NCBI GenBank assembly: GCA_001244265.2
Contig: CDLV01000007.1
Coordinates: 2,170,001 to 2,234,000 of the forward strand
Reading direction: 5' to 3'
From: Microbotryum violaceum
Taxonomy: Eukaryota
DNA: 64,000 nucleotides
Shown: positions 12,982 through 29,148 of the stretch, piece by piece
How the letters are laid out: the number at the start of each line of letters is the position of its first letter
Numbering within the stretch: the first letter of the stretch is position 1
Position numbers and translations under genes: made by a program
The notes under the pieces: model-generated
Database searches by the model: none
The model's input: the letters and a program-made list of their open reading frames with translations, nothing else
What the model was told of the DNA's origin: nothing

Positions 12982-15900
12982 TCAAGCATAAAACGCCTCG
13001 ACCTCTTCCAAGACCTGCCCCGCCTGATGTCGCACCAATCCATCCTCGTCCGTGCCCTTGACGTACTCCAGAACAACCCTAATCCTCCCTAAATCGACAT
13101 CCCACTCGTCCTCTACTTCATTCCGCACCTCCTTCTTGGCCTGTTCTGCCGAAACGAAGACCTCTTTCGAAAGAATGATGGGGTTCTTGATCCCACCCGT
13201 TCCAGAATTGGGCATCTTCATTCCTCCTTTCCCGAAAGGGTTCTTCTCGTCATAGCCCTCCTCATCCAGCCCCTCTTCTATCGCTGCATACTTCAGCTTC
13301 TGGATCGACCTCAACGTCAATGACAAAAACAACACCGCGGACCTTCTGAAAGCCGGATGGTTCGTGTCCTTCGAGGTGGGATCGGGCGTCTCTTCAGGTC
13401 GTTTCTTTTGGTCCGCGTTATCCGAGGCCGTCTTGAAAGGGTTCGGTAGCCTCGCCGTTCTTCCCTCATCGTCGTCATCAGAACTCGAATCCTCCTCCTC
13501 GAGTTGTACCTGCCTCTTCCTCCTCACAGGCCTCGACTCGATACTCAATAACGTCAAACACGCCTCCACAACCATCCCAACCCATCCCTTGACAGCCTTA
13601 ACGTCGACTTCAACACAACTCGCCAAAACAGTCAATGCCGAGCTCCTCAAAGGCGTCGGCAAGTCCCGTCCTCTCAAAACCACCAACAACGTCGGCACGA
13701 GATCGGCCACGAGAATGGATAGCGCTTGACCCGCTCGTTCGATCACTTGCGTCAACGTCTCGGCCATCCTCAAACGTTTATCCAATTCGGCCCGTCCGCC
13801 TTCGTCCTCGGAGATAGCCTTGAACCCTTCACTCGACCCTCCTCGATAAACCATTAACAACCTTTGTACGATCTGCTTTCCATGCACATCAGCAAGTGAT
13901 GAAAGCCCCTGGATCGCATTCAGATAGAGGAACGAATCCTCTTCCGAAAGGGACTGGACAAAAATGTCCAATACTGCCGGGACGAGCGCGGGATCGGTTT
14001 TGAGGAATGCGTCTCCTGAATGAACGAGCGTCCGAAGGAGGGAGAGGCCTTGGGCTCTGACAGGTAGGAGAGGATCTTGGAGGTAACGGAGAGCGAGTTG
14101 ATACGTCTTGCGTGATTCGCTGTAAGGAGCCGCCTTGGATTCCGTTGCTCCAATTGTGGTCGACGCGTAAAGTGCTTCCCTAGCAGAAAGGACGAGCTTG
14201 GCTTCTCTCGCCAAGGTAGGGACCAACTCCGACTTGGATTTCTCGGCGATCGAATCGAGCTTCTCGTAGATCGTCGACATGAGCGCGTTCGAAGAAGGTG
14301 AGATGCTTTCGTTCGCTTCCAATAGGGCGAGGAGGAGCGTCAAGGCCGTCAGACGCATCTCGTCGGCTCCGACACCAGGGATGATGGGTTCTTCGCCGTT
14401 ATCTTCTTCGGAAGCCTTGCTCGGGTCGTCATCGATGAGAATGAGCTTGAATATACTCGGACTTTCCTCCTTGTTGACTTCCTCAATTTTGACATCGGTA
14501 TCCTTCGTTTCCTTTCCATCGTCCTCATCGTCCTCCAAGGCGTGTGCAACGAACCCAACGAGTTGTTCCGGTTTCTTCAAGATCTCGCTACCCATCTCTT
14601 CGACCATTTGTGTTACCAACTGAAGCCTCGTCAAACTCCTAAGCACCCACAAAACACACAAGGTCAACTTTCAATGTCTATCCTCGACGGCGATTTGGAA
14701 GTAAGATGACTCACTTCTTGACCCCTTCTAATCCCTTCTCCCTCCTCAACACACTCAACTCGTCCAACCACCTAATCAGCAGCGCCCCATTCAAATCCCC
14801 ATTCCCACACTCCTTCAACCACCCTACCACACTCTGAGCATCCACCATCGAGTCCAAGTTCGCCTCCTCTTCTCGCTGTTTCCCTTTCAAAGGCTCGAGC
14901 ACCCGAATCGCTATCCCCCCCTGGGCCAAGGGGTCGACGACGAACTGCGCTTCCCTCCCCCCATGATCAAACCCGAACACCTCCCCTTTCTCCATCCTCT
15001 CAATCGCCCTCGAAAAAATCTTGACGCCCTCATCGACCAATCCTCCTTCGACTTCAATTCCGTTTTCCTCCGTTTGAGAATCTACAATCGATTTGTTCCA
15101 CACTTGTAACAACGCTTTAGTCTCCTCGTTGAAGCGCGGATCGACACCACCCAAAGAAGGATGGGTTGATGCGAGGGATGGGTTGAGTGAAGTGTAGAGA
15201 CTCAAGAGCGTTTCAAGGATCGGCGAAAGAAGGTTGACCAAGAATGATGAATAGGAAGGGGGCGCGTAGAGGGTGATCCATGAAAGTCGAGTGAGGCACG
15301 ATAGTAGCTCGAACGGAGTGACGACGGGTGGGTTGACGTCATCCTCCGTGACTACAGAGGACGGCGAGGCGCACAAATAATCAAAAGGCAGACAAGCCGC
15401 GTAAAGTTTCTTGGAGATGAAGAGGGCGCAAGAAGGGTGGGGCGGGGTGAGGATGAAATGGGAGAGGACGTAGACGGTGATTTGCAGGATCGTGGCCGGA
15501 GGTGGCGGGGTTTTGGATGATACTGGGTCCAGGGAGGATTGGATAGCCGAGTCAAGGATGTCAAAGAGCTGATGTAGTGTTGAGGAGTAATCGTCCTTCT
15601 AAGCGTAAGGAGAATCGGTTAGCGAATAGCCGTGAAAATGACCCGTGCTTTCCAGCCTACCTCATCTTCCACATTCTCCGACCGAGCCCTCAACAATCTC
15701 ATCGCCAAATCCATCTTTCTCGTATCGACGTGATCCGCCGAGCCCGCTGCAGATCCCACCCCGACAACGACGACCAACAAGGATCGAACGCCTCCCGTGC
15801 GCAAGAGTTGTCGCGAGAGCAAGTTGGCGATCGTCGGTTTGCTCCAGTCGTTGTCTGTTGAGGATGTGGACAGTATGGCGAGTAGGTTTGGGATGATGAC

Positions 15901-16759
15901 GGTGGGTGGACGACTGGGGAAGAGAAAGCGGGCGATGAGCTTCCAATTTTCTCCTTCGACTCATTTCCTTGGAGAGAAAACAGTCTTACCTATCGAGTAG
16001 TGCGTCCAATTGGTTCTGATACTCCGACCTAGGTGGTTCATCCACATGTTTTGTCGGCGACTTTGAGAGCTGCACCAACCCACCAATCAAAGGCAGTAAC
16101 ACCTGAGGGATAATGAGCTGCTTCATCTCCCCATCCGCTCGGGGCCCAATGAGCTCCAACACGCCCTGTACGAAATGCTGCAGTCGTCCCTGACCACCAG
16201 GTATAGTTTCCCCCTCGACGATCTCGACGATCTTGGATTTGTTAAATGCAGTCGGGGATCGCCGAGACGTCATCAAAGAAGTTGGCAAGATTCCTGCGGC
16301 GACGTATCTTGCGATCCCCCATCTTGCGACGATTCCGGCAAGTTGAGAGACGACTTGGTTGTCCTTGACGCTTAACTTGGGTGGCGGTGGTGGCTTGACT
16401 TCACCGCGTGCTTTCGCGGGGGCAGGAGGTGGAGCGGTCTCCTTGCGCGAAGTCGTTTCTTGAAGCAGTAGTTCATTGACGTTGGCGAGACTTTTTAGAG
16501 CGGCTCGTGCAGTCTCGCGTTCCAACTCGTCTTGACCACTGGTTCGATCCAATGACTCCGGAGTCTCTTCCCCTCTAGCCCTAGCTATCAGAGCATAATA
16601 CCCGACCAATCTGCGCTGCAACAACTCATCAAGCTGCTCCTGCCTGTTCTTGCTCGATGAGGTTGCTGACGAAGGCGAAGGGAGCTTGTTCGGGGGTTGG
16701 TCTAGGCCTAGTAAAAACGCACAGGCTTTGAGTTCGTGGCGCAACGCGGTGTCGGGCAT
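12982..16759 (-). CDS. RTP1: RNA polymerase II assembly/import factor Rtp1 (TANGO6 family), multi-exon
   Basis: C-terminal block YLQDPLLPVRAQGL..EEDSFLYLNAIQGLSSLAD..RLRMAETL..LRSSAL and end motif DEDGLVRHQA. Helical-repeat N-terminus begins MPDTALRHEL. Confidence 0.8.
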
Positions 16760-16979
16760 TCGAAAACTGTCACGGAGGGCGACGTGAGCCGACCACACGC
16801 ACGAGCTGCGGAGCTGAGCTAAGCCGGGGAACTGACGTACGGACGAGTCCAAGCGAGGGAGCGAGCGCTGCCTTTGGTTGCGAACCTCGAACCTGCCTAG
16901 CTTCACCCTGCTTCCCCATTCGACTCAGCTCACAACAGTCGTGTACCTCATTTTCCTCCGGGACACCTTTCTCTGGGAG

Positions 16980-17057
16980 ATGGACGACGACAATCCGTTC
17001 ATGAGGACGTTCGTGCCTCAGCTGCCTGGCTCGACCTTGCATCAGCAACTGCAGCGT

Positions 17058-17090
<33 letters not shown>

Positions 17091-19040
17091 ATGGGATATC
17101 GATTTGCCCATTCATCATCAAAGGTAGAAGATTTCCGATCCAGTGCATATTACCCTCAAAGCCAAACCAAGTCCTATCTCTGCTCCCGCAGCGCGACCGC
17201 TCCACCTCACCCACATCCTCCACATCAAGCTCCTCCTCCTCATCCCGAGCTCCATCCGAAGCACCTCTCGAAGACCCTTTGGACTGGGGCGGAGACGTCA
17301 CGTTGGACCGAGAACGCAATCATGCGGAGGACTCGGAAGGCGGTGATGGCGCGACGTTCAAGGAACTGCAAGAGCATAATGTCGGAATGAAGATGTTGCT
17401 TAGATTAGGGTGGACCCAGGGGAAAGGACTGGGCAAGGAAGGGCAAGGTAAATTCGTTTCTTCACATCCTTTAATATCTCGTTGCCACGTCCATCTCCAG
17501 CAACAAAAGCTGATGCTGACACGCTTCCTCTTGCCCCCCCCCCTCTCACGCAACAGGCCGCCTCGTGCCCATCGACCCCACCTCAACCGGCAACCTCCTC
17601 GGCATCGGCAAAGCCGCCCTCGACGCGCGCATGCTCGAAGCCTCCTCCAACCTTTCCTCTCGGCCACGAGAACTCGAGTCCCAAAGGATCGCAAAAGAGA
17701 CGCCCGATCAAAGAGAAGCCAGATTGGTCAGTCTTCGGAACTACAGCACCGCAGGCGCGTAGTACATGGGCTCATGGCAATGCGTGAGCGTCGAACATGC
17801 ACAGGCCAAAGCCAAGTTTGAAGAAAAAGTCAAGAACGAGGTTGCAGAAACGCTGAGGAAATTCAACTGCGATATTTGCAACAAATCGTACGTACTCTCA
17901 GCGTGATCTAAAAGAACCTTCTCAGAAGATTTGACTAAACCGGTATTCCCGTCCGTCGCTTTGCTCAGCTACACAACGGTCGGCCAGTATGACGAACACA
18001 CCAACTCGTATGACCATCATCACCGTGCTCGAGCCGTCGCGACCAAGCAGATGCAACTCGATCGAGCCAAGGCGAATGGTGAAGCCGACAGGAGGAGGGA
18101 AAAGGAACGCAAGAGAGAGGAGAAGGAGATGAGGAAATTGATGGAGAAAGCAGGGGTCAAGGTACCACTTGATAATGTAGTCCATGTGGCTACGACGGCA
18201 CCTGCTGTGGTCGAAGCGAAGAAGGTGAAGGAGGTGAAAAAGAGTGGGGCTGGCGGATGGGTTAAGTTCGGAGGAGGTCGCTTCGCTCCTGTTGGACCGA
18301 GTTCATCATCTTTAGTCACATCGACTTCAACACCCACTTCTTCAGCTTTCAACCCTGTTGGTGGATTCGCGCCGATCTCATCAACATCATCGTCAACATC
18401 CTCGCCTAAACCAGAACGATACGATTCACCCCTCGCGCCTAAAGCCAGCGGATGGTCAAGCATCGCTCCCTCCACATCACCGACAGATTCTCAAAGCGCT
18501 CATATCCCTACTAAAAGTGCGCGCATCACTGCGCCCCCTCGTTTCCGAGCAGGGGGCACGATCGAACCCTCGCCGGTGTTCGACGCGGCCGCACCGACGA
18601 CCACGGCGCCTCGCCCGCCTCGACATCTACCGCCACCACCTCCTCCGCCGCCGTCGGTGCCTTTCGGCCGACCCTTTCCGCCATCCGTAGCACCACCTCC
18701 TCCACCCCTATTACCTCCGCCAAACGTGATAACCGCGACAGTATCGAAACCACGATGGAATGACATCCCCACTTCAGCCCCACCTCCATTGCCAGCTTAC
18801 AACGCCCCGCCCCCACCACCTCCACCACCCTCCAATCCTCCAACCAATCCAGGATCTAGGTCCCCGTTCGAAACTTCCCCTTATTCAACGTCCGCCCCCA
18901 GCTCAAACTTTGGTGGAAGCTTCAAACCTGCTGATATGGCATCTTTATCATCAGTCGCCCCACCCTCGAATCGCGGAGGTTTCGGCTCGGGCTCGCAAAG
19001 TGGTTTCAAGGCGAGTTTCAAGCCGATCCCGAAGCGTTGA
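16980..19040 (+). CDS. G-patch domain + C2H2 zinc finger protein (GPATCH8-like), polyQ N-terminus, Pro-rich tail; 5 exons
   Basis: G-patch NVGMKMLLRLGWTQGKGLGKEGQG. Spliced finger FNCDICNKS|YTTVGQYDEHTNSYDHHH, followed by a coiled coil. Confidence 0.82.
17058..17090 (+). repeat. (CAG)10 CAA coding microsatellite (polyQ)
   Basis: Seen directly, in frame in exon 1 of the G-patch gene. Confidence 0.95.
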
Positions 19041-19856
19041 TGGAAGCACCTTGACTTTAGTCATTGTCTGAGTATGAGTATCGTATTTCATCTTGTTGTC
19101 ATATTATTTACGAGAGGAGAAGTACAAAGTCGTCTTCGTTTGGCCCCCACCTCAATGCGACCGCTTGGGGGAATACACTTCGCCGTCTGTGTCTTCACTC
19201 TCTCCTTCCACTCCGTCTAACTGTATCGACTCCGTCTTCGACGTGCCTCTCTTCCCCCCCCCCCCCGTCCCCCCTCTCAACAGTTTCGGCCCTTTCTCTT
19301 CTCCTCTTCGTTTCGAGCTTGCTGGGCTAATTCCTTCAAGACGGAAGCAAACGCTCCTTCAAACCCCGTGTCTACCGGGCTTGACGACCTTTGGACCCCT
19401 TGCGCGTTCCAACAAACTTCCGCAACTCCGCCTCCGCAGAGATTCAAGAGCGTAGGAAAAACCTAGCAAGCTGTCGATGCTGGTGCTGTACCTCGCAAGT
19501 CGATAAGCAATGTAGGAACGTGCGGCGCGGGTAGTGTTCAGCCAACAAGGCCGGCCCGTGCGCCGTCGCACTTGTCGCGCGGCGCGGTGGCGTCGTTCGC
19601 CGTCTTTCGAAAGGAGCTCCCGCAGAAGTTGTACGCTTCCGGCGCGGGAGCGGGAATGAGGCGCTGCACGACGCAAATTTCAGCGTACTCTTTCGAAGTA
19701 GTCTTTGACTTGGTTTGCACAGTGATCCAAAGCACCATATCAACATCGAAACATCTATATCGCCGACAATACACAAAAGAGGCAGATACAACTCGACGCA
19801 GCTCGGCACGGTCGGCAGCTGCGCGCTGCGCCAGGCCGCCCGACAGCACCCCACAA

Positions 19857-21175
19857 TCAGGCCGCTCCGAGCCGAGCTACACGCTGTATTGCCTCCTCAG
19901 CTTCACCTACAATCCGCTTCACGATGGTCTCGGTCTTTGCAAAGTCTTCGCCTTTTGAATCTTGTCCGACCAAAGTCACACTTGTGCCTGGGTCGATGGA
20001 ACATAAATTTGAAGAGCGGGCCTTGGTCAGCGACCAGCTCGCCCACATCGTCACCGTAGACCACAACGACCCCACTCACCAGCCCAAACAATGATCCTCT
20101 CAGTATCATCCTCCTTGACCGCTTCCGTATACTTCCTCTTCCCTTCCTCACTCGCAACGTCCTCCACGCTCTCCTCCGTCGTCAAATTCCTCACCCCCCT
20201 CCCATCGACATGTTCGCCCCACCCCAATGTGCCCCTCGCATGGTCAAAATTCATACTCCGCACCGTCTCTTCCCCCTTGGCGGAGATAATGCGTTTCTTC
20301 TGACCTTTGGAGTAGGTCGCTTCAATTGTGGGGAGAAAAGCGGTTCCGATGATGGCACCCGAAGCACCGAGAGCGAGGATCGCAACGAGTTGAGCACCAG
20401 TCGCGATCCCTCCACTACCGAGGAGTAGAGGGGCCGATGGGAAGGTCGGTCCGAATTGGGCTGCGACGGTCGGGATGAAGGAGATGATGGGGAGTCCGAC
20501 TTCGTACGTCGGACCATGGCCACCGGATTCGAGACCTGTGAAACGGGAGTGTCGTCGGGTCCGAGTATTAGTTCCCATTTCTCCAAGAAAGCAGAATTTT
20601 CGGCCCGATCGCACCCCTACCCCTTTTCCCGCCTTAGATTCCATCGACAACGTACCTTGAGCAGCCACGATATCGACCCCTTCCCACTCCTTCATCTGCA
20701 ACACCTCATCCACAGATCCCCCCGCGACAAAGACCGACATTCTCTTCCTCCTCTTTCTTTCCTCGACCCCCTCCTTGAGCTCCCTCTCCATCGCCTCCTT
20801 CTCCAATGCTCTAATCCTCCCAACCCATTCCTTCAAGTACGCCCCAAAACTCAACCAAACCCCCTTCACCTTGGCCTCCACGATCGTCTCCAAAAACCGC
20901 TCCGCCATATCCGGTTCCCCGTACGCTTTCTCAAACTTCCAACAAATCAACCCGATCCCAAAAGGGATTGCATCTCCTTGCTTCAATCCCAACGTCTTCC
21001 GACCGATCTCGATTTGGTTCTTCAGTTCTTGCAAGGGTGTATGACCACTGGCGATGAAGCCGAAGGCACCGGCTTGGATCGCCGCGGAGGCGAGGAGACC
21101 TCCTGCAGCGCCGGCCATCGGCGCGACGACGATGGGGTGTTGGATGCCCAGAAGATCGGTGAGGGCTGTGCGCAT
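19857..21175 (-). CDS. Nitronate monooxygenase / 2-nitropropane dioxygenase family flavoprotein, 3 exons
   Basis: LTDLLGIQHPIVVAPMAG, AQG|LESGGH, SGGIATG..GASGAIIGTAFL..EA, VWAG|TSV. Intron 1 is 20655-20536 and intron 2 is ~20079-19989. Confidence 0.9.
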
Positions 21176-21985
21176 GGTGGTGTTAGGTAGATTTTAGCGT
21201 GTTCTTGCAGATTTGACGGGCAGCGCTTGGAATTGAGACGCAGTTAGGAACGACAGAAGAGGGGGGGACGGGGCTTAGGGACTCGATCCGTGAAAGTGGG
21301 GCCCGCGCCCAGAGTTTCCCGAGGTTCCCCGCGGGCAATGACCTCAATTCGCCCGCTGAGCTTTTCGAGTCCTATGGCTTGACTCAGCAAATCGGGCCGC
21401 AAGAGATTATCAATTTGCATCTTGCGAGGGAGGTGTCTTGATGCTGACAACGATGTCAAATAAGAGCTCTGAGCAACTGCAACATGTTGAAAGTACTTAG
21501 GACTCCTCCGGCGAGCCGGAGGCAGGATTTTGCCCAATTTAAATTCTAGTATATGCTGGAAAGAAATAAGTGTTCCATTTCGTAAAGCTTACAAAATTCC
21601 CTCAAACCGAACATTTCGTCGATCAAATCGGAATTTCATTTCTTTCATCATCTAGCTTCTACGTCCGAACCAGAACAAACACGCCGCCGGGAAAGGAGAA
21701 TCCCATCCAGAGTCCAACCCTTCAAACCACCCCATTCCTCCTCTCGAGAAAAAGAAAAACCCCGCATGTCTTTCCTTTTTGAAACGCGCGTTACTTTGCG
21801 AGCGAACCAAAAAAACTATTATAAGCGGTCACATTGGAGAGAGGTGTTTCAAGACCACAAGAGAAGGGGTGGGGAGAAGAAAAGAGCGAGGTCCTTAGGA
21901 AGGGAGAACGTAACAAAGAGAGGGAGAGGAAAACAAAGAAAGAAGATCGAAGCCCCCCCCCCCTTTGATTGCGCGTTTCCTTCAT

Positions 21986-24536
<2,551 letters not shown>

Positions 24537-25088
24537 GCTTGAAGAACGAAGAGGGGGTACGGGGTGTGATGCGTAAGAGCGAACGAGACGGAAGCGAGCG
24601 AAGGCCAGGCAAATCGGCGCACCCAACATGCACCAAGGCTCACCACAGGCAAGCACAGGCAGCAGCCACACGCCGCCAACCTCCTCCAACGCCTGGCCCG
24701 CGCCTGCCCGCGCCAGCAAGAAAATCGCCCTGATCGTCCCGGTGTGTTGGCAGGTCCGGCAGGCGCTGGCGCCCGACGGTGGGCCGGGGCAGAGCAGCGC
24801 GCCTGACACGTTTGATTAAATGATGCGACCTGAGGATTTTGCGACCGAACAAAACTTGTCCAAATTCACTAAAATAACTTCAAAACATGGAACCAACCTG
24901 GATTCTCTCATCAATGTAGACATCTCCGTTCCGCGCCTGCCCGGAACTTCGCGGCCGCGACAAATCTGGGCTAGGGCCTCCCACTACTCCCTGGAGCACT
25001 AGTCCCTGGAGAGAATTTCAGATATCATTTGCTTCTATGAGGTAATCCACCAAGATAAGCGAGCTGATGTAGTCATTCCAGCTGAGTG

Positions 25089-28000
25089 TTATTTGATACA
25101 CCTGCGATGGATCGCCGCGCCCAGCGTCTCGGCCGAATTCTTCCTCGACTCGACCAACGCATGGGCCCAATCGAGGATCGTGTCATCGTCAAACTGTGAG
25201 TATCATGGAATGTGTTCGAGAGTCAGCATCGTTTTGATGGTCACTATCTGCGTGATCTGGTCGGAGAAACGAAGTCGCAAGATCCCACCATGTACCTTCT
25301 CAAACTGCTTCAACGTCACAACGTTCCCAATGACCTTATTCCTCTCCTTCCCGACCTTCTTGGCCCAGTTCGTCACTTCTTTTCCGATCTTCTGCGTCGC
25401 CTCCCGGGATTTGGTGCGGAAGTTACGTAGCCTTTTGACGTGTTTGGCGTGGTCAGTCGCCTTTGTGGAGGTCAGATGCTCCGTTACGATCCCGAGGGCG
25501 AGGTCGAGTAGACAGTAGGCCTGGGCAGTGCGATCGGTAAGTGTGAGCTTATAGGGCTGCTTAGAAACTGATTGAGACAGTGCTTACCTCGAACGCATTC
25601 GCAGCAATGGATAGCACCTCCCAAGGAAGCCGTGCCGAGTCCTCCATCGCAGACGTGAGCGATGCAAGTTGATCTGCACGCAGATGGAGGCGAATTTTCT
25701 CTCGTCAGACATGACCTCATGAGTACCCTAACAGAAGCAAAGATTTACCCGAGAAGAAGGCGTATGCTAGCTGTTCTGGCTTGGGATCGTCCAATGCGGC
25801 CACAAAGACCTTGCCGGCCAGCCGCGAAAATTCGACCATCGCCTTCTCGGATGGCAACAACTGCAGGCAGCGATAATGGTCAGCAACAAAATCACCTACA
25901 TTTGGATCTGATCCACTCACTTCCGTCGAGTCGAATGCGTGCTCGCTTCCCTCATTGACAACAGCAAGAGGATCCAAGAACCGCTGATAAGCCTGCGCGA
26001 TGGCCGTCATCCACTCCCGTCCCAGTCTTGGCGGCCCCAATCCCGTCTGATCCCAAATCGACGCCTCGTCTTTACGCTGCAAGTTTGGGATCGTATCAAA
26101 ATCGCGATTATCGGAATACCGGTTCGCATCGCACGATTGTAAGATGGCCTTGAGAGGATCGGTGGTGAACCCGAGGGAAGGATTGACGGCACCACGCAGA
26201 AGTTGAATGCGCAGACTCTCAATGAGCACGAGATCTCTGGTGTACGAGTTGCTCAAGCGCGTTTGAAACTCGACGAAATCCTCGATCTGTGGGGTAAGCG
26301 CATGTGATGAACGCTCCCGCGCCTAGTACACCTGTAGCTTCACTCAGGCGGCGACTGACTTTGGAAAAGTTGTGAAGCATAAACGCGCGAACGACCATGT
26401 CGGCTGCTTCGTCAAGCCCAGCACCATACCACTTCTTGGCTTTCCTCAATTCGTCCAAAATACCGGCATCGTTCGCCGACGTGGTGGCGCCTGCGGCATT
26501 GGCAAAAATCGAGCCCCTGGTGGCAGCGACGTGGATAAGCGTATCGAACTGGATCGACTTGATCCCTAAGCTCCTGTTGAGATCCATCGCTATCGAAGAC
26601 GCTCCCAATTGCCGCTGGATATTGATTGCCAACAACCTGATCTGGTACTTGTGTCTGGATCGTTGCAGGGCATAATCGAGGACGAGCAAGGCCGATTCAA
26701 GTCGACTTCGGTCACGATCGAGATGGTAGGCTGAGACGAAGGCTTGCGCGGCCAGAAGAGCAAAGTCGTCCGCCGGCTGGAGATCAGTCGAGTCGAAGTG
26801 GGACCCAAGGGGTAGCACCTGGAAGTATCGAGTGAGGTAGGAATGGGCGAGGATGACTTGGGTTTCAGCCGAAGTCCAAGACGGAGCGAGGAAGCGTGCG
26901 ATCTTGGCGGCGTTGATGAGCGAATACGCCAGTTTTTCCGTCTAAAGGGAATGGTCAAGTCTTGCTGAGCGAGAACCCAAAACTTCTCTGATGAGTACAG
27001 AGCTTACGAGATCACCAGCATTGTTGCCCCTCTCTTCCATCTTTTCCCTGGTCTGTGTTGACTCCTCCTCGTCAAGGACCTCCAGGTATGCTCGCAGGTC
27101 ATCAAAGCAGCACATCTTGCTTTCGAACCGCTCGAAATACCTCGTCACTAGCTTTCCCAATCGCTCCGAGCCCTCGTCCCATCCTCTTCGCCGATTCTCT
27201 CGGGCGATCTCCAAAACACCAAGCAGATACCCTCGTTCATGCGGAGCGGAAGAGGCATGAAGCCCTTCGGAGAACTGTTCGAGGAGTTTCCGGGTCTCAT
27301 CGACTAACTGCTGTCCCTCCGCAGTCGGTGACAACCGAGGTGTGAAATCCGACGAATCGGACGAGCCAGCAAAGGCGAGGGAAGAATCGTCAGCCAGAGC
27401 GAAAGCGGAGCGGATGAGGTAGAGAAGGGTGTGCCAATTGGTATCACTGTAAAAGCAGGTTCAATCAAAATGTGAGCTCGTGCGATCCAAGATCTGCTTT
27501 CGCCGGAAGAGAACTGACCCCTCCTCTATCCCTGTCTTCATCCGTTCCCAGCCCGCCTTCCACTCCCCGCTTGCCCTGGATCCGTGCTTCAACTCGACCT
27601 CCCGTCTCCAGATCTTCAGTCCTAGTCCAGTTGCGCAATACGAGTCCGCTTCGGGTGATGCCAAGTGCCGCAGTAGCCTGGCCGTGGGTGGCAGCTCCCC
27701 CGCCGAACTCGGAAGCGAGGGAAGAACTAATGCCGACGTCGATTCCGACGGCCGGTGGACTGCACAGAGTTCGAGGAAGCGTGTGACAAGATGGAACTCG
27801 TGATCGGATTCGTATTGTTGGTCCTGGTCGCTGTTAACTCCTTCCGAGGTTGGCTTGAAGTGAGTAGCCAACTGTCGCTCGGCCAAAGTCAGCAGCACCT
27901 CGTTCGTCTTGTCCACGTCCGCCCCCGCTGTTGTTGGTGAGCTGCGGACCCGCAGGAGAATCGCCGCGACCGACCACCACAGGTAGTGCGTCTGGTTCGG

Positions 28001-28783
28001 ATTGTTTTTGTGCAGCCGCATACTCGTCTGTAGACCGCGTTAGAGCACAGAGATGGATCAGCAACTGAAGCATCTTTCATGGCGAGGTTCGGGTCAGACG
28101 AACCTGCTGGGCACTCTTGTAATTTCCCGAGCGGACAAAGGCTTGGAATGCTTCGATGTTGACATCTTCCTTATTTGGATGCCGCTCAACCGCGAGGCTC
28201 ATAAGCGCATCGACCTCTTCATGAGCAGCGTCTGTTCGAGATTCGGTGTTACAGGCGTAAGTGAGCCTGATCTTCTGTCCGAGCCAGCTGTGCCGCGATG
28301 GTGACTCTCACTCTACTCACCTTTGTCGTCGTTCACCGCAGCTATAGTACAAGCGATTACCAACAACGTCTCGGGATCGCCGAGCCCGGCTCCGTTCGTG
28401 TGAGTCTTGATGTACTCGATCGTCGACTGGATCTCTTTGCGAGCCGAACCAGACATCGGTCGAGGTCCACTAAGTGCCAAGCAGTTCAGCGCCTGATGGA
28501 CCAAACAATGAGTTCAGTCGTTATATTCTCAAACCACCATATACCTCTTTTGAGCTGACATGGGCCAGGTAGTGATGCGGCAGCTTCTTGAGCTGTTTCG
28601 CAACCGCGAGCTGGGCCGTCTTCCAGTTGTGTACCTCGAGTGCAGCTGTACCGCCACCAAATATTTCCCAAATCAGCTCAGTCCATCAAATCCATGATAT
28701 GGCAAATCAAGCTGAGCCGATTGCGGGTCGAACGTACCACAGATGGGTTGAAGCGCACGAGCTTCGGCTGGTGCGACCGACAT
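25089..28783 (-). CDS. MDM20: NatB N-terminal acetyltransferase auxiliary subunit (Mdm20/NAA25), multi-exon
   Basis: N-terminus ARALQPI..ALE..NWK; MRLHKN..YLWWSV; YFERFESKMCCFDDLRAYL; QPADDFALLAAQ; YQIRLLAINI..LGIKSIQFDTL. Confidence 0.85.
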
Positions 28784-29148
28784 CTTGCGGTACAGCACTC
28801 CATTCACCAGGTGGGATAACGGCATCGCCATTCTGCCAGCTCTCTTCAAAGCTCCGTTTCCTGCTCCCCGTTTGCTTGAGGCTGTCGAGCACGTGTATGA
28901 GGGGGGGGGGAGAGGGACAAGATGGTGACGAAGTGGCGCGGGTTGCAAGTGGGGGAAAGTCGGTTGGGCTTGGCTCTCGTCTGTCCCCTTTCTCGAATAA
29001 GTCTGGTTAACTTTCTCCCCCCGATTTCCTGCGAAACCGGTGCAGGGCTCTCATACTCACCGCCTCAATGTAGATGTTCTAGGATACTTCCCAAATTGCA
29101 TATTGCGCCCCGAAACACCCCAATTCTCCAAGAAGACAGCATACATTT

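Noticed and set aside
19100-19850. Intergenic ORFs between G-patch and monooxygenase genes
   Set aside because: GC-rich shadow ORFs with no motifs. It could be an old insertion, but nothing supports that.
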